NCBI GenBank assembly: GCA_003331645.1
Contig: QOPI01000004.1
Coordinates: 1-57,596, forward strand
DNA: 57,596 bases
Reading direction: 5' to 3'
Source: SAR86 cluster bacterium
GTDB taxonomy: Bacteria; Pseudomonadota; Gammaproteobacteria; Magnimaribacterales; D2472
A model generated the notes under the pieces. The model was given only the letters and a program-made list of their open reading frames with translations, had not been told where the DNA came from and did not search any database. This document shows positions 1 to 8,393 of the stretch, piece after piece. Positions within the stretch are counted from its first letter, which is position 1, and each line of letters opens with the position of its first letter. The translations under genes were made by a program, and so were the position numbers.

Positions 1-965
1 AATATTGCGCCAATAAGACATAAGACCATCGATTCTATTAAAACTAATATCAGCATTGTAATGTCTGAAAAACCAATTGTTTTAAATACAGCTAACTCAG
101 ATGTTCTTTCTCTTATAGATTGACTCATAGTATTTCCCGTCACCAGGAGAATGGTAAAGAAAACAGCTGCAAGAATAGAGTTCATTATTAAACCAATATC
201 ACCAATTTGGCTTGCAAACATTTGTTGATAAGCTTTTTCAGTATATGTTTTTGTTTCATCCATTGAATTAGCAAACATTGCATCAATCTCTTGTGCAACT
301 CTTGGACCCGCATCTTTACTATCTAGCTTGACAATAAAGTTACCGACAGTGCCCTTGGTATAGCTCTCTCTTGCTTCATCAAAATATTGATAATTCATAA
401 ATACCTGCTCTTCATTTCCAGGATTGTCTATGTCAGTGAAAATTCCAACTAAATCAAATTCCCATAGGTTAGATCCATTGCTCATATAGTAAATATCACC
501 AATAACAGGAATACGATCTCCAATTTTCCAATTAAATCTTTCAGCTAATTTTTTTCCTGCAATCATTCCAGTTCTTGTAGTGATGAAAGCTTCTTTTTGT
601 TCACTACTAATATTGAATTCCTGATATATATCTAAAAAATCTTTAGGCGGGACGGGCCATTTTGGAAAAAAATTAGCTCTATCAATATAAGTCCCACCAA
701 ACCAGTCTTGGTGAGCAACTATATCAACATTTTCAATGCTTTTTATTCTTTGCAAATAAGATATTGGCATTGAATCGATTATTGAATACTTAGAGGCAAC
801 TACTAATCTATCATCACCAGATAGCTCAATATCTTCGGTAAAGACTACGGCAACAGATCGCAGCAAGCCAAATAATAAAAAAGCAATTACAAGAGATGAG
901 ATTGTTAAACCTGTTCGCCATCTTTTTCTATTTAAGGCAGCAAGAATAATAATCCAATATTTCAT
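1..965 (-). CDS. ABC transporter permease, MacB/FtsX-like (runs off the window edge)
   Basis: Not in ORF track. Manual translation from ATG at 965: MKYWIIILAALNRKRWRTGLTISSLVIAFLLFGLLRSV...GNTMSQSIRERTSELAVFKTIGF; clear paralogue of the adjacent permease. Confidence 0.9.
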   Translation of the reverse strand, partial: MKYWIIILAALNRKRWRTGLTISSLVIAFLLFGLLRSVAVVFTEDIELSGDDRLVVASKYSIIDSMPISYLQRIKSIENVDIVAHQDWFGGTYIDRANFFPKWPVPPKDFLDIYQEFNISSEQKEAFITTRTGMIAGKKLAERFNWKIGDRIPVIGDIYYMSNGSNLWEFDLVGIFTDIDNPGNEEQVFMNYQYFDEARESYTKGTVGNFIVKLDSKDAGPRVAQEIDAMFANSMDETKTYTEKAYQQMFASQIGDIGLIMNSILAAVFFTILLVTGNTMSQSIRERTSELAVFKTIGFSDITMLILVLIESMVLCLIGAI

Positions 966-967
966 AT

Positions 968-2119
968 CTATCCTTTTGCTAAAGCATCTACAACTTTTAA
1001 TTTGTATGCTTGATATGCTGGAAGTATGCCAGCTAATGATGCCATGAGGACACCAATTAGAATTCCTCTTAAAACTTGAAAGATATCAAAAACTATTAAT
1101 CCACCAGTCAGACCTCCGCTAGCCTGATCTATAAGAGGCACTGTCATTACTGTAAATCCAAGGCCAAATGCAGCACCGATTAAAATAATAAAATTACTTT
1201 CAAGAAGAATTGAAATGAATATCTGTATATCTTTATAGCCTAGACTTTTAAGTATTGCTATATCACTTGTCCTTTCTCTTACAGATTGACTCATAGTATT
1301 TGCAGTTACCAAAAGCAATGTAAAAAATACGGCTGAAATAATTGAAGTGATGATAAGTTTTATATTTCCAATATCAGATAACATTTTTTGAGATAAAGTT
1401 ATCTCATTACCAGTAAAGGTTGCATAAGCTGAGTTTTTAAAATTATTATCAATAATATTACTTATTTGGTCAGCTTTTGTAGGGTCATCTAAATTAAAAA
1501 TAATCATAGAGACAGTTCCTTTATTGTTGGCTCTTGCTTCCTCAACATATTCATGCCTTACCATAATGCCAAGCTCATCGGCAGCAGGGCTTGTTGTATA
1601 TATTCCTTCTACATAAAACTCCCATACATTAGTCCCATCGTTTTTTGCAGAAAAAGTAGGTATCGATATAAGATCTCCTGTTTTCCAGCCTTTTATATCA
1701 GCAGCCGCTTTGCCAACTAGAGCACCTGTCCTATTTGAAAAGAAAGCTTCTTTTTCATCTGCAGATGCTTTGAATCTATCCATTACTTCAAAATAATCAT
1801 CACTGATAGCAAAGATGGGAATATTTTCCATCATTGAATTTATATCCATTGAAAGCATATCAATCCAGGCTATATCAGTAACACTATCAATAGACTCTAA
1901 ATAATTAATATGTGATTGTGGTATTCTGCCAAACATCATGTCATGTTTTGGCATCATAATCATACGTTCTGCATTAATTTCACCAACAGCACCATTAAAT
2001 AATGGATCAGCAGAATGAAGTAGCCCATATAGAAAAAAGGCAACTATGACTGAAAAAGTTGTTAGAAGGCTTCTAACTTTTTTTCTAAAAACTCCTGCTT
2101 TAACTAGGATCCAATACAC
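968..2119 (-). CDS. ABC transporter permease, MacB/FtsX-like
   Basis: N-terminal TM, large periplasmic domain, C-terminal FtsX-type motif NTMSQSVRERTSDIAILKSLG with TMs. Confidence 0.9.
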   Translation of the reverse strand: MYWILVKAGVFRKKVRSLLTTFSVIVAFFLYGLLHSADPLFNGAVGEINAERMIMMPKHDMMFGRIPQSHINYLESIDSVTDIAWIDMLSMDINSMMENIPIFAISDDYFEVMDRFKASADEKEAFFSNRTGALVGKAAADIKGWKTGDLISIPTFSAKNDGTNVWEFYVEGIYTTSPAADELGIMVRHEYVEEARANNKGTVSMIIFNLDDPTKADQISNIIDNNFKNSAYATFTGNEITLSQKMLSDIGNIKLIITSIISAVFFTLLLVTANTMSQSVRERTSDIAILKSLGYKDIQIFISILLESNFIILIGAAFGLGFTVMTVPLIDQASGGLTGGLIVFDIFQVLRGILIGVLMASLAGILPAYQAYKLKVVDALAKG

Positions 2120-2121
2120 AA

Positions 2122-2799
2122 TTAAGCTATTAGTTTACCTTTATCAAGATGGAGAGATCTTTTTGCAGATTCTGCTGCAGCAGGATCATGCGTAACCATA
2201 AGTATAGTTTTTCCATGATCTTCATTTAGACTCTTTAAAAGGTTAAGGATTTCTGTTGCGGTATCTCGATCTAAATCTCCTGTCGGCTCATCACATACCA
2301 ATATATCAGGATCAGAAACCAAGGCTCGGGCAATTGCTACCCTTTGCTGTTGGCCACCTGAGAGCTCATTTGGTTTATGGCTAGCTCTATCAGATAAACC
2401 CACAATACTTAGAGCTGTTTCAACATGTTTTTTTCTTTGCGAGCTTGATAATTTTGTTAGAAGCAAAGGCAGCTCTATGTTTTTTTGTGCAGAAAGCACA
2501 GGAAGCAAATTATAGAATTGAAAAATAAAACCTACATTACTTGCACGCCAGTTGCTCAGTTGTCTTGAATTCATTTTATCAATCCTTTCTCCATTTATTG
2601 ATACAGAACCATTAGAAGGTGTATCAAGTCCACCTATGAGATTCAATAGAGTAGATTTGCCTGAACCTGAAGGGCCCATTAAAGCTAAATAGTCTTGTTT
2701 AGGTATTTCTAGATTTAAATTATCCAGTACAACAAGAGTTTCGCCACCTCTTTTATATTCCTTCGAAAGATTTTTAACGTCTACCAATATTTCTGACAT
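2122..2799 (-). CDS. ABC transporter ATP-binding protein (LolD/MacB type)
   Basis: Walker A GPSGSGKST, signature LSGGQQQRV, Walker B DEPTGDLD, VTHD. Confidence 0.95.
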   Translation of the reverse strand: MSEILVDVKNLSKEYKRGGETLVVLDNLNLEIPKQDYLALMGPSGSGKSTLLNLIGGLDTPSNGSVSINGERIDKMNSRQLSNWRASNVGFIFQFYNLLPVLSAQKNIELPLLLTKLSSSQRKKHVETALSIVGLSDRASHKPNELSGGQQQRVAIARALVSDPDILVCDEPTGDLDRDTATEILNLLKSLNEDHGKTILMVTHDPAAAESAKRSLHLDKGKLIA

Positions 2800-2807
2800 A
2801 TGACTCC

Positions 2808-3956
2808 TTACTTAATTACTACCTCTTGGCCATCTTGCAATCCATTATTTGAATTAACAACAACACTATCTCCATTTTTTATGCCATTTATTATTCTTGC
2901 ATAATTAGCAGAGGTACTTTCAACCTGAACTTTAGTTTTGACTATAATTCCATTTTTAATTAAAAAGACAAAAGAAGAAGCACCTTCTTTTATTACTGAT
3001 GTTGACGGGACAATTACTCCTTTAAGAACAACTGATTTTGTATTAGGTTGCTCTTTTAGAAATGAAACTTTTGCACCCATGTCAGGCAAAACCCTTTGAT
3101 CTTTTTCTAATAATCCTATTCTAACTTTTACTGTTGCTTTATTCCTATCTGCAGTAGGAATAATAGCTATTACTTCAGAATTAATATCCCATTCAGGATA
3201 AGCATTTAGATTTGTTATAGCTGGCTGACCAGGTTGAACCCTATTTATATAAGATTCATTAACATCAACCTCAACCTCTAAAGAATCCATATCAACAATA
3301 GTTCCTATTCCTGTCCTTGTAAAACCACCACCTGCTGAAACAGGAGAAATCATTTCACCTGGTTGAGCAGCTTTATTGATAACAACTCCTGAAAATGGAG
3401 CGCGTATCTTCATATCTGAAACTATTTGTTTACTTATGTCTAATCTTGCTTTCAATCCATCTAATTGAGATTCAGCAGCATCAAGAGAGGCTTGGCTTGC
3501 AAGATTATCTTTTCTAAGTTCGAGGGTTCTATTAAAAACTCTTCTAGCTTCCTGTAGTTGAGTTTCTGCGAACTTAAGCTCTGCTTGCACTGTGCTGTCA
3601 TCTAATTGAGCAAGGATTTGATCTTTTTCTACAAACATCCCTTCTTCTATATAAACCTCTAAAACTTTACCAGTTATTTTTGAAGAAACAGTTGCCTGCA
3701 TTCTAGCTGTAACATAACCAGAAGCATCCAGAACACTTGATGTTGAATTATTTGATTGATTTGCCGATTTAGCTTTATATGCATCAACTTCAATAATCTC
3801 ATCTTGGGATAAAAATCCAAGTTGGGCGAGAACAAGAAAAAGTATAATAATTGAAACAAGAACAAAACCTAACCTTTTTATAAATGAACTTTCAGGCTCA
3901 TTATCCTCTGATCTATCTATTTTAAGATCATTTAAAAGGTCTTTTTTTTCATTCAT
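2808..3956 (-). CDS. Efflux periplasmic adaptor (MacA/HlyD-family membrane fusion protein)
   Basis: N-terminal TM anchor, lipoyl-like halves (VSSKITGKV...IRAPFSGVV), helical hairpin; operon with ABC ATPase and permeases. Confidence 0.9.
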   Translation of the reverse strand: MNEKKDLLNDLKIDRSEDNEPESSFIKRLGFVLVSIIILFLVLAQLGFLSQDEIIEVDAYKAKSANQSNNSTSSVLDASGYVTARMQATVSSKITGKVLEVYIEEGMFVEKDQILAQLDDSTVQAELKFAETQLQEARRVFNRTLELRKDNLASQASLDAAESQLDGLKARLDISKQIVSDMKIRAPFSGVVINKAAQPGEMISPVSAGGGFTRTGIGTIVDMDSLEVEVDVNESYINRVQPGQPAITNLNAYPEWDINSEVIAIIPTADRNKATVKVRIGLLEKDQRVLPDMGAKVSFLKEQPNTKSVVLKGVIVPSTSVIKEGASSFVFLIKNGIIVKTKVQVESTSANYARIINGIKNGDSVVVNSNNGLQDGQEVVIK

Positions 3957-4011
3957 GGGTTTCTCCCTTGGAGTAATTCTACACTAAGGAGCTAAAATAT
4001 CACTTTTTTAG

Positions 4012-4854
4012 CTATAGGCTTTTATTCTTATCTAGATTCCATTCAGGAGGACCAAATACTGATTTTAATCTTTCATTAAAATTTGATGACCTGTTAAAGT
4101 CTTTAACTATTTGTAGCCAATTCATAAAGGTTATTTTTACAGGATTGAATGTTTTAACATTATTAGTTATCCCAAATATAACTTTAGAATCTTCTTTAGC
4201 AAAAGTTCCAAACAACCTATCCCATATGATAAACATATTGCCATAATTTTTATCAATATATTCAGGATTGGAACCATGATGGACTCTATGCGATGAAGGA
4301 GTAACAAAAATATACTCAAGTGGACCTAATGTTTTAATTACTTGAGTATGCCCAGTTACTCCCCACATGGTAGCAGCAACACCAGCCAGAGCAGTTATAA
4401 AAGGATCAAATCCTATAATTGGAAGAATAAAGAAAAATGGCACTTTAGTTATTGGGCCAAACCAAGCCTGGCGAAGGGCTACAGTAAAATTCATCTCTTC
4501 GCTTGAATGATGATTCATATGAACAGCCCACATAAATCTAACCCTATGTGAGAATCTGTGGTACCAATAATATACAAAATCTATACTTATAAATGTAAGT
4601 ACCCAGACAGCTATACTTGGCATTAGATCATTGATAGTTATTATTCTGAAATCATATAAATAAAAGTAAAAAAATAAAATCCCACCCTTTGTAGCAATAT
4701 TGACAAAAATATTTCCTGCCAAAAGACCAAATCCTGCCATGCTGTCATTTAATTTATATAAAGATAGATTATGAATTTTTGAATAAATAGTTTCAGCAAT
4801 AATCATACTTAATATGATTGGGAAACCGTATGCATATAAATCAATATCAGTCAT
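4012..4854 (-). CDS. Sterol desaturase/fatty acid hydroxylase family protein (alkylglycerol monooxygenase-like)
   Basis: His boxes HRFSH, HMNHH, HRVHH; DKNYG...IWDRLFGTF motif. Confidence 0.85.
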   Translation of the reverse strand: MTDIDLYAYGFPIILSMIIAETIYSKIHNLSLYKLNDSMAGFGLLAGNIFVNIATKGGILFFYFYLYDFRIITINDLMPSIAVWVLTFISIDFVYYWYHRFSHRVRFMWAVHMNHHSSEEMNFTVALRQAWFGPITKVPFFFILPIIGFDPFITALAGVAATMWGVTGHTQVIKTLGPLEYIFVTPSSHRVHHGSNPEYIDKNYGNMFIIWDRLFGTFAKEDSKVIFGITNNVKTFNPVKITFMNWLQIVKDFNRSSNFNERLKSVFGPPEWNLDKNKSL

Positions 4855-4858
4855 AACT

Positions 4859-5170
4859 CTAGTATTTTAAACTTTGAAATACAAAATATACATAGGGGAT
4901 AATTTGAAAGATTGCCCATATCATAACTGCAGTTTCAACTTCAAAAATTAAATGAAATAATAAAGCTGAAAGTAAAGAGAATATGGACATACGAGTAAAG
5001 AATTTTTTAAAAAAAACAAGGTAGCTGTCTATTGGAAATTTTTTTCTTTTCTCTTCGCTCATAGTGTTATAGCCTGCAAGCAGATAACGAGCATTATTTT
5101 TATTAATTAAAAATCCTATTGCTAAATAAAGCACGGCAACAAAGATAACAGTTAAAAAAAACACAATCAT
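4859..5170 (-). CDS. Small membrane protein, DUF3784-like
   Basis: Three hydrophobic segments and LLAGYNTMSEEKRKK motif. Confidence 0.65.
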   Translation of the reverse strand: MIVFFLTVIFVAVLYLAIGFLINKNNARYLLAGYNTMSEEKRKKFPIDSYLVFFKKFFTRMSIFSLLSALLFHLIFEVETAVMIWAIFQIIPYVYFVFQSLKY

Positions 5171-5181
5171 TCTAGTTTATC

Positions 5182-5200
5182 TTAAACTTATTAAGTTTAA
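5182..5200. promoter_or_regulatory. Perfect 19-bp palindrome, candidate operator
   Basis: TTAAACTTA-T-TAAGTTTAA just upstream of the DUF3784-like start; AT-rich, so may be chance. Confidence 0.3.
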
Positions 5201-5221
5201 TCTTCTTCAGATCTCCTTTAT

Positions 5222-6358
5222 CTATTTATGAGGTGTTACTAAAAACTTAGTCCCTGTGGCTTGTTTGCCATAGCTTTGTATTGCTTCAGGCTGAAGCATT
5301 TCTTCAAAGGAAACCTCTTGAGTATAGTAACTAGCAAAAGTTGTATTAATTTCTTTAGCAACCCTTTCTCGCATAGCCATAAATCTTTCCATTCCAATCT
5401 TTCCAATCATAGGCGTTAATAGCCACCCCCCAAGTCCCCATGACATACCATAGGCTCTTTTGAGAATAGTTGGAGAGGGGTCTAGGCCGCCATAAATATA
5501 TACTTGTTTATAAGTATCAGATCCATATCGACTATACTCTGCAGCAGTTTTATTAGCTGCTATTTCCATAGCTGAAAGAATTTGACCTGCTAATTGACCT
5601 TTATTTCCTCCTCCAGTGGCATCAAAACCAAGAGTAGCTCCAGTTGCTACAATAGCCTCTACCAAGTCATCCATAAAGGTATCTGAGCTCATATTGCAAA
5701 CATGCTCAGCTCCGATATCTTTTAATAATTCAACATGTTCTTCTTTTCTAACAATATTAACTAATGGAACCGAATCGTCTTTACAAATTTTTACTAGCAT
5801 TTGTCCCAGATTAGAGGCAGCTGCAGTATGCACAAGAGCTGTATGATTTTCTAATTTCATTGTTTCTATAAAGCCTAGTGCAGTTAGTGGATTTACAAAT
5901 GATGATGCAGCATCTCTAGAAGAAGTTCCATCTTCCATGACTAAGCAATTCATTGCTGGCACACATCTATATTCTGAATACATCGCACCTCCAGCAACAC
6001 CAACAGTTTTTCCAATTAAATGTTCTGCATTTGCTCCTGCAGCTTCAACAATACCAGCACCTTCATTTCCAACCTGCATTGATTGATCAAGTCTTGGAGT
6101 CATGGCTTTCATTAATCCTTTATGAATATCCATACTTGCAACTGTGTCATTTCCAGAACCTGAAACGGAAAGCGTTGATGGATCAGATGCAAAGCTAATT
6201 AATAGAGCTAGGTCAGAAGGATTAATAGGCGCAGCTTCAACCTTAATCAGCACCTCATCTTCTTTTGGTATTGGTTTTTCTACTGTTGCAATAGATATAT
6301 GCAACTTTCCTTCGCTAGTTATCTCAGATCTTATTTCTCTTGAAGTTTCTTGTGTCAT
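5222..6358 (-). CDS. MDR-superfamily NAD(P)H oxidoreductase (quinone/enoyl reductase-like)
   Basis: EAAPINPSDL, GNEGAG, FVNPLTA, HTAAASNLG motifs; catalytic Zn ligands of classical ADH not evident. Confidence 0.8.
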   Translation of the reverse strand: MTQETSREIRSEITSEGKLHISIATVEKPIPKEDEVLIKVEAAPINPSDLALLISFASDPSTLSVSGSGNDTVASMDIHKGLMKAMTPRLDQSMQVGNEGAGIVEAAGANAEHLIGKTVGVAGGAMYSEYRCVPAMNCLVMEDGTSSRDAASSFVNPLTALGFIETMKLENHTALVHTAAASNLGQMLVKICKDDSVPLVNIVRKEEHVELLKDIGAEHVCNMSSDTFMDDLVEAIVATGATLGFDATGGGNKGQLAGQILSAMEIAANKTAAEYSRYGSDTYKQVYIYGGLDPSPTILKRAYGMSWGLGGWLLTPMIGKIGMERFMAMRERVAKEINTTFASYYTQEVSFEEMLQPEAIQSYGKQATGTKFLVTPHK

Positions 6359-6386
6359 TTCTGTCCTCTATTATGTTTATAGAAAA

Positions 6387-6417
6387 ATTATACTCCTTAG
6401 AGTTTACTTGAGGTCAA
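6387..6417 (-). promoter_or_regulatory. Sigma-70 promoter with 19-bp spacer and MerR-family-type dyad
   Basis: Minus strand TTGACC-TCAAGTAAACTCTAAGGAG-TATAAT; dyad CCTCAAGT-AA-ACTCTAAG. Confidence 0.65.
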
Positions 6418-6419
6418 GA

Positions 6420-7373
6420 TTATTTTTCTCCAAATTTATCTGTTGCTGATATTAATGCATGCGTAATTTCTTTTTCAAAAGCAGTATGCCCAGATGCTGG
6501 AGCAATAATCATTTCTGCTTCTGGCCATGCTTGAGATAATTCCCAAGCAGTTTTCATTGGACAAACAGCATCGTATCGCCCCTGTACTATAACCGAAGGT
6601 ATTGAACGAATTATCTCAATATTTTCAATAAGCTGATTTTCAGTTTCAAACCATCCTTTATTTATAAAATAATGATTTTCTATTAGAGCAAAAGCTAGAG
6701 CAAACTCGGGATTTGACATTTCCTCTACTGTTGCTGGGCTATAGGACAAACTAATAGTTGAAGCCTCCCATTTTGTCCATGCAATTGCTGCTGAAAGTTT
6801 CTTTGCTGTGTCGTCACTATTAAATATTCTATGATATGCACCCATCAAATCATCGCGCTCATCTTCATCAATAATGTCTACGAAGTCTTGCCAAGCTTCA
6901 GGAAATATTCGACTTGATCCATCTTGATAAAACCATTTAAGCTCTTCCTCTCTTAAAAGAAATATACCTCTTAATACTAATTCGCTTACTGAATTAGGAT
7001 AAGTTTGAGCGTAAGCTAGCGACAAAGTACTGCCCCAAGACCCTCCAAAGACTAACCATTTATTTATCTCAAGTTTTTTTCTTAAAAGTTCAATATCAGA
7101 AACAAGATCCCAGGTTGTATTATTCTCAAGACATCCATGAGGCTTGCTTCTTCCGCAACCTCTTTGATCAAATACTATTATTCGATAAATATCAGGATTA
7201 AAAAATCTTCTAACTTCTTCACTGCCTCCGCCGCCAGGGCCACCATGAAGAAATACAGCAGGTTTTCCATTTGGATTGCCGCATTGCTCAAAATAAACTT
7301 GATGCTCATCAACATTCAGAAATCCTGAATCATATGGTTTAATTTTAGGATATAAAGTAGATAGATTTTCCAT
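6420..7373 (-). CDS. pip: Prolyl aminopeptidase (proline iminopeptidase)
   Basis: HGGPGGG, FDQRGCGRS, GGSWGSTL nucleophile motif, GRYD, SGH. Confidence 0.95.
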   Translation of the reverse strand: MENLSTLYPKIKPYDSGFLNVDEHQVYFEQCGNPNGKPAVFLHGGPGGGGSEEVRRFFNPDIYRIIVFDQRGCGRSKPHGCLENNTTWDLVSDIELLRKKLEINKWLVFGGSWGSTLSLAYAQTYPNSVSELVLRGIFLLREEELKWFYQDGSSRIFPEAWQDFVDIIDEDERDDLMGAYHRIFNSDDTAKKLSAAIAWTKWEASTISLSYSPATVEEMSNPEFALAFALIENHYFINKGWFETENQLIENIEIIRSIPSVIVQGRYDAVCPMKTAWELSQAWPEAEMIIAPASGHTAFEKEITHALISATDKFGEK

Positions 7374-7403
7374 AACTTATTATTAGGTTTATAAGAATGT
7401 TCT

Positions 7404-7862
7404 TCAACTATTTTGAGTTCTTATATTTCTTATATGTTCAAGTAATATTTCCTTTACGTAATCCAAATTTCTTTCACCTATAACCCAAGAAATTTTTTGT
7501 TCAATTTCAACTATATCCTCAAGTCTTTTATTTCTCTCATTTTTTCCATTCTCAGTAATTATTACTTTTCGGTCTTTTTTATTGTTTTTATCGATTACTA
7601 ATTGTAAATACCCCTTATCCTTGAGTTTATGAATAGTTTTATGAACTGCTTGGCGAGAAATTTGTAAAACTCTAGCAAGCTCTGCAATAGATTTCTGTTT
7701 ACCTCTAAGACCATCAAGTACCTTAATTTCAGCAATTGAGAATTCATGTTTATGAGTTTTATTTAATTTATGTATTTCAGACTCCATCCATTGGGATGTT
7801 TTTGTTAATAATCTTAAAAGATTAGATTCAAGGAAATTTTCATCAGAATTATTGTCAATCAC
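7404..7862 (-). CDS. MarR-family transcriptional regulator
   Basis: Winged HTH SIAELARVLQISRQAVHKTIHKL..KGY...DRKVIITENG. Confidence 0.85.
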   Translation of the reverse strand: MIDNNSDENFLESNLLRLLTKTSQWMESEIHKLNKTHKHEFSIAEIKVLDGLRGKQKSIAELARVLQISRQAVHKTIHKLKDKGYLQLVIDKNNKKDRKVIITENGKNERNKRLEDIVEIEQKISWVIGERNLDYVKEILLEHIRNIRTQNS

Positions 7863-7877
7863 ATTGACATTATATCA
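7853..7877 (-). promoter_or_regulatory. Extended -10 promoter and palindromic operator at the marR start
   Basis: Minus strand TGA-TATAAT-gtcaat-GTG; palindrome TGTCAAT-CAC-ATTGACA (7853-7869) centred on the start codon. Confidence 0.5.
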
Positions 7878-7958
7878 GAAAATACCTGTTTAACAGGCCT
7901 AAAATGTATAAAAACCTATGCTTGTTAGTTATTATTTTGTTCTTTGATTAATAAATGA

Positions 7959-8034
7959 TGGTGCCCAGAGGTGGGATCGAACCACCGACACAAGGATTTT
8001 CAGTCCTTTGCTCTACCAACTGAGCTATCTGGGC
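7959..8034 (-). tRNA. tRNA-Phe(GAA)
   Basis: GCCCAGATAGCTCAGTTGGTAGAGCAAAGGACTGAAAATCCTTGTGTCGGTGGTTCGATCCCACCTCTGGGCACCA; 76 nt, anticodon GAA, encoded CCA. Confidence 0.98.
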
Positions 8035-8050
8035 TTAAAGTGAATTGTGG

Positions 8051-8079
8051 ATTATAGGCAAGTTTATGTATATTGTCAT
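8051..8079 (-). promoter_or_regulatory. Sigma-70 promoter of tRNA-Phe
   Basis: Minus strand ATGACA-17 nt-TATAAT, ending 16 nt before the mature tRNA 5' end. Confidence 0.65.
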
Positions 8080-8123
8080 TAGGTTCTTGGAGCCCATAGT
8101 TTATTAATCAAAGAACAAAAAAA

Positions 8124-8393
8124 TTAATCTAATGGTTTAAACCCAGCTGGCTTTTCATAATCTTCATTGTTAAAGAAATTTTCCATTTGATCTAAAAGCC
8201 ACATTCTATTTTCAGGATTAGACATATCTAGATGTTTTTCATTTATTAAGGTTGTTTGATGTGACTTCCATTCATCCCAAGCTTTCCTAGAAACAGTATC
8301 CATTAACTCCTGACCTCTAGCTCCTGGCATTGGGGGGATCTCCAGGGCTGGGAGGTTTTCTTGATATTTTTTACAGAATACTGTCTTTGTCAT
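8124..8393 (-). CDS. yggX: Oxidative damage protection / Fe(II) trafficking protein
   Basis: TVFCKKY...PMPGARG...SRKAWDEWKSHQTTLINEKHL; downstream of mutY. Confidence 0.95.
   Translation of the reverse strand: MTKTVFCKKYQENLPALEIPPMPGARGQELMDTVSRKAWDEWKSHQTTLINEKHLDMSNPENRMWLLDQMENFFNNEDYEKPAGFKPLD

Noticed and set aside
3966-3990. Imperfect dyad CCTTGGAGT...ACACTAAGG upstream of the efflux adaptor as a second MerR-type site
   Set aside because: No matching -35/-10 pair with a 19-bp spacer and weak symmetry
1-7958. Prophage or integrative element at tRNA-Phe
   Set aside because: No integrase, phage gene, transposase or duplicated tRNA 3' end seen in the window
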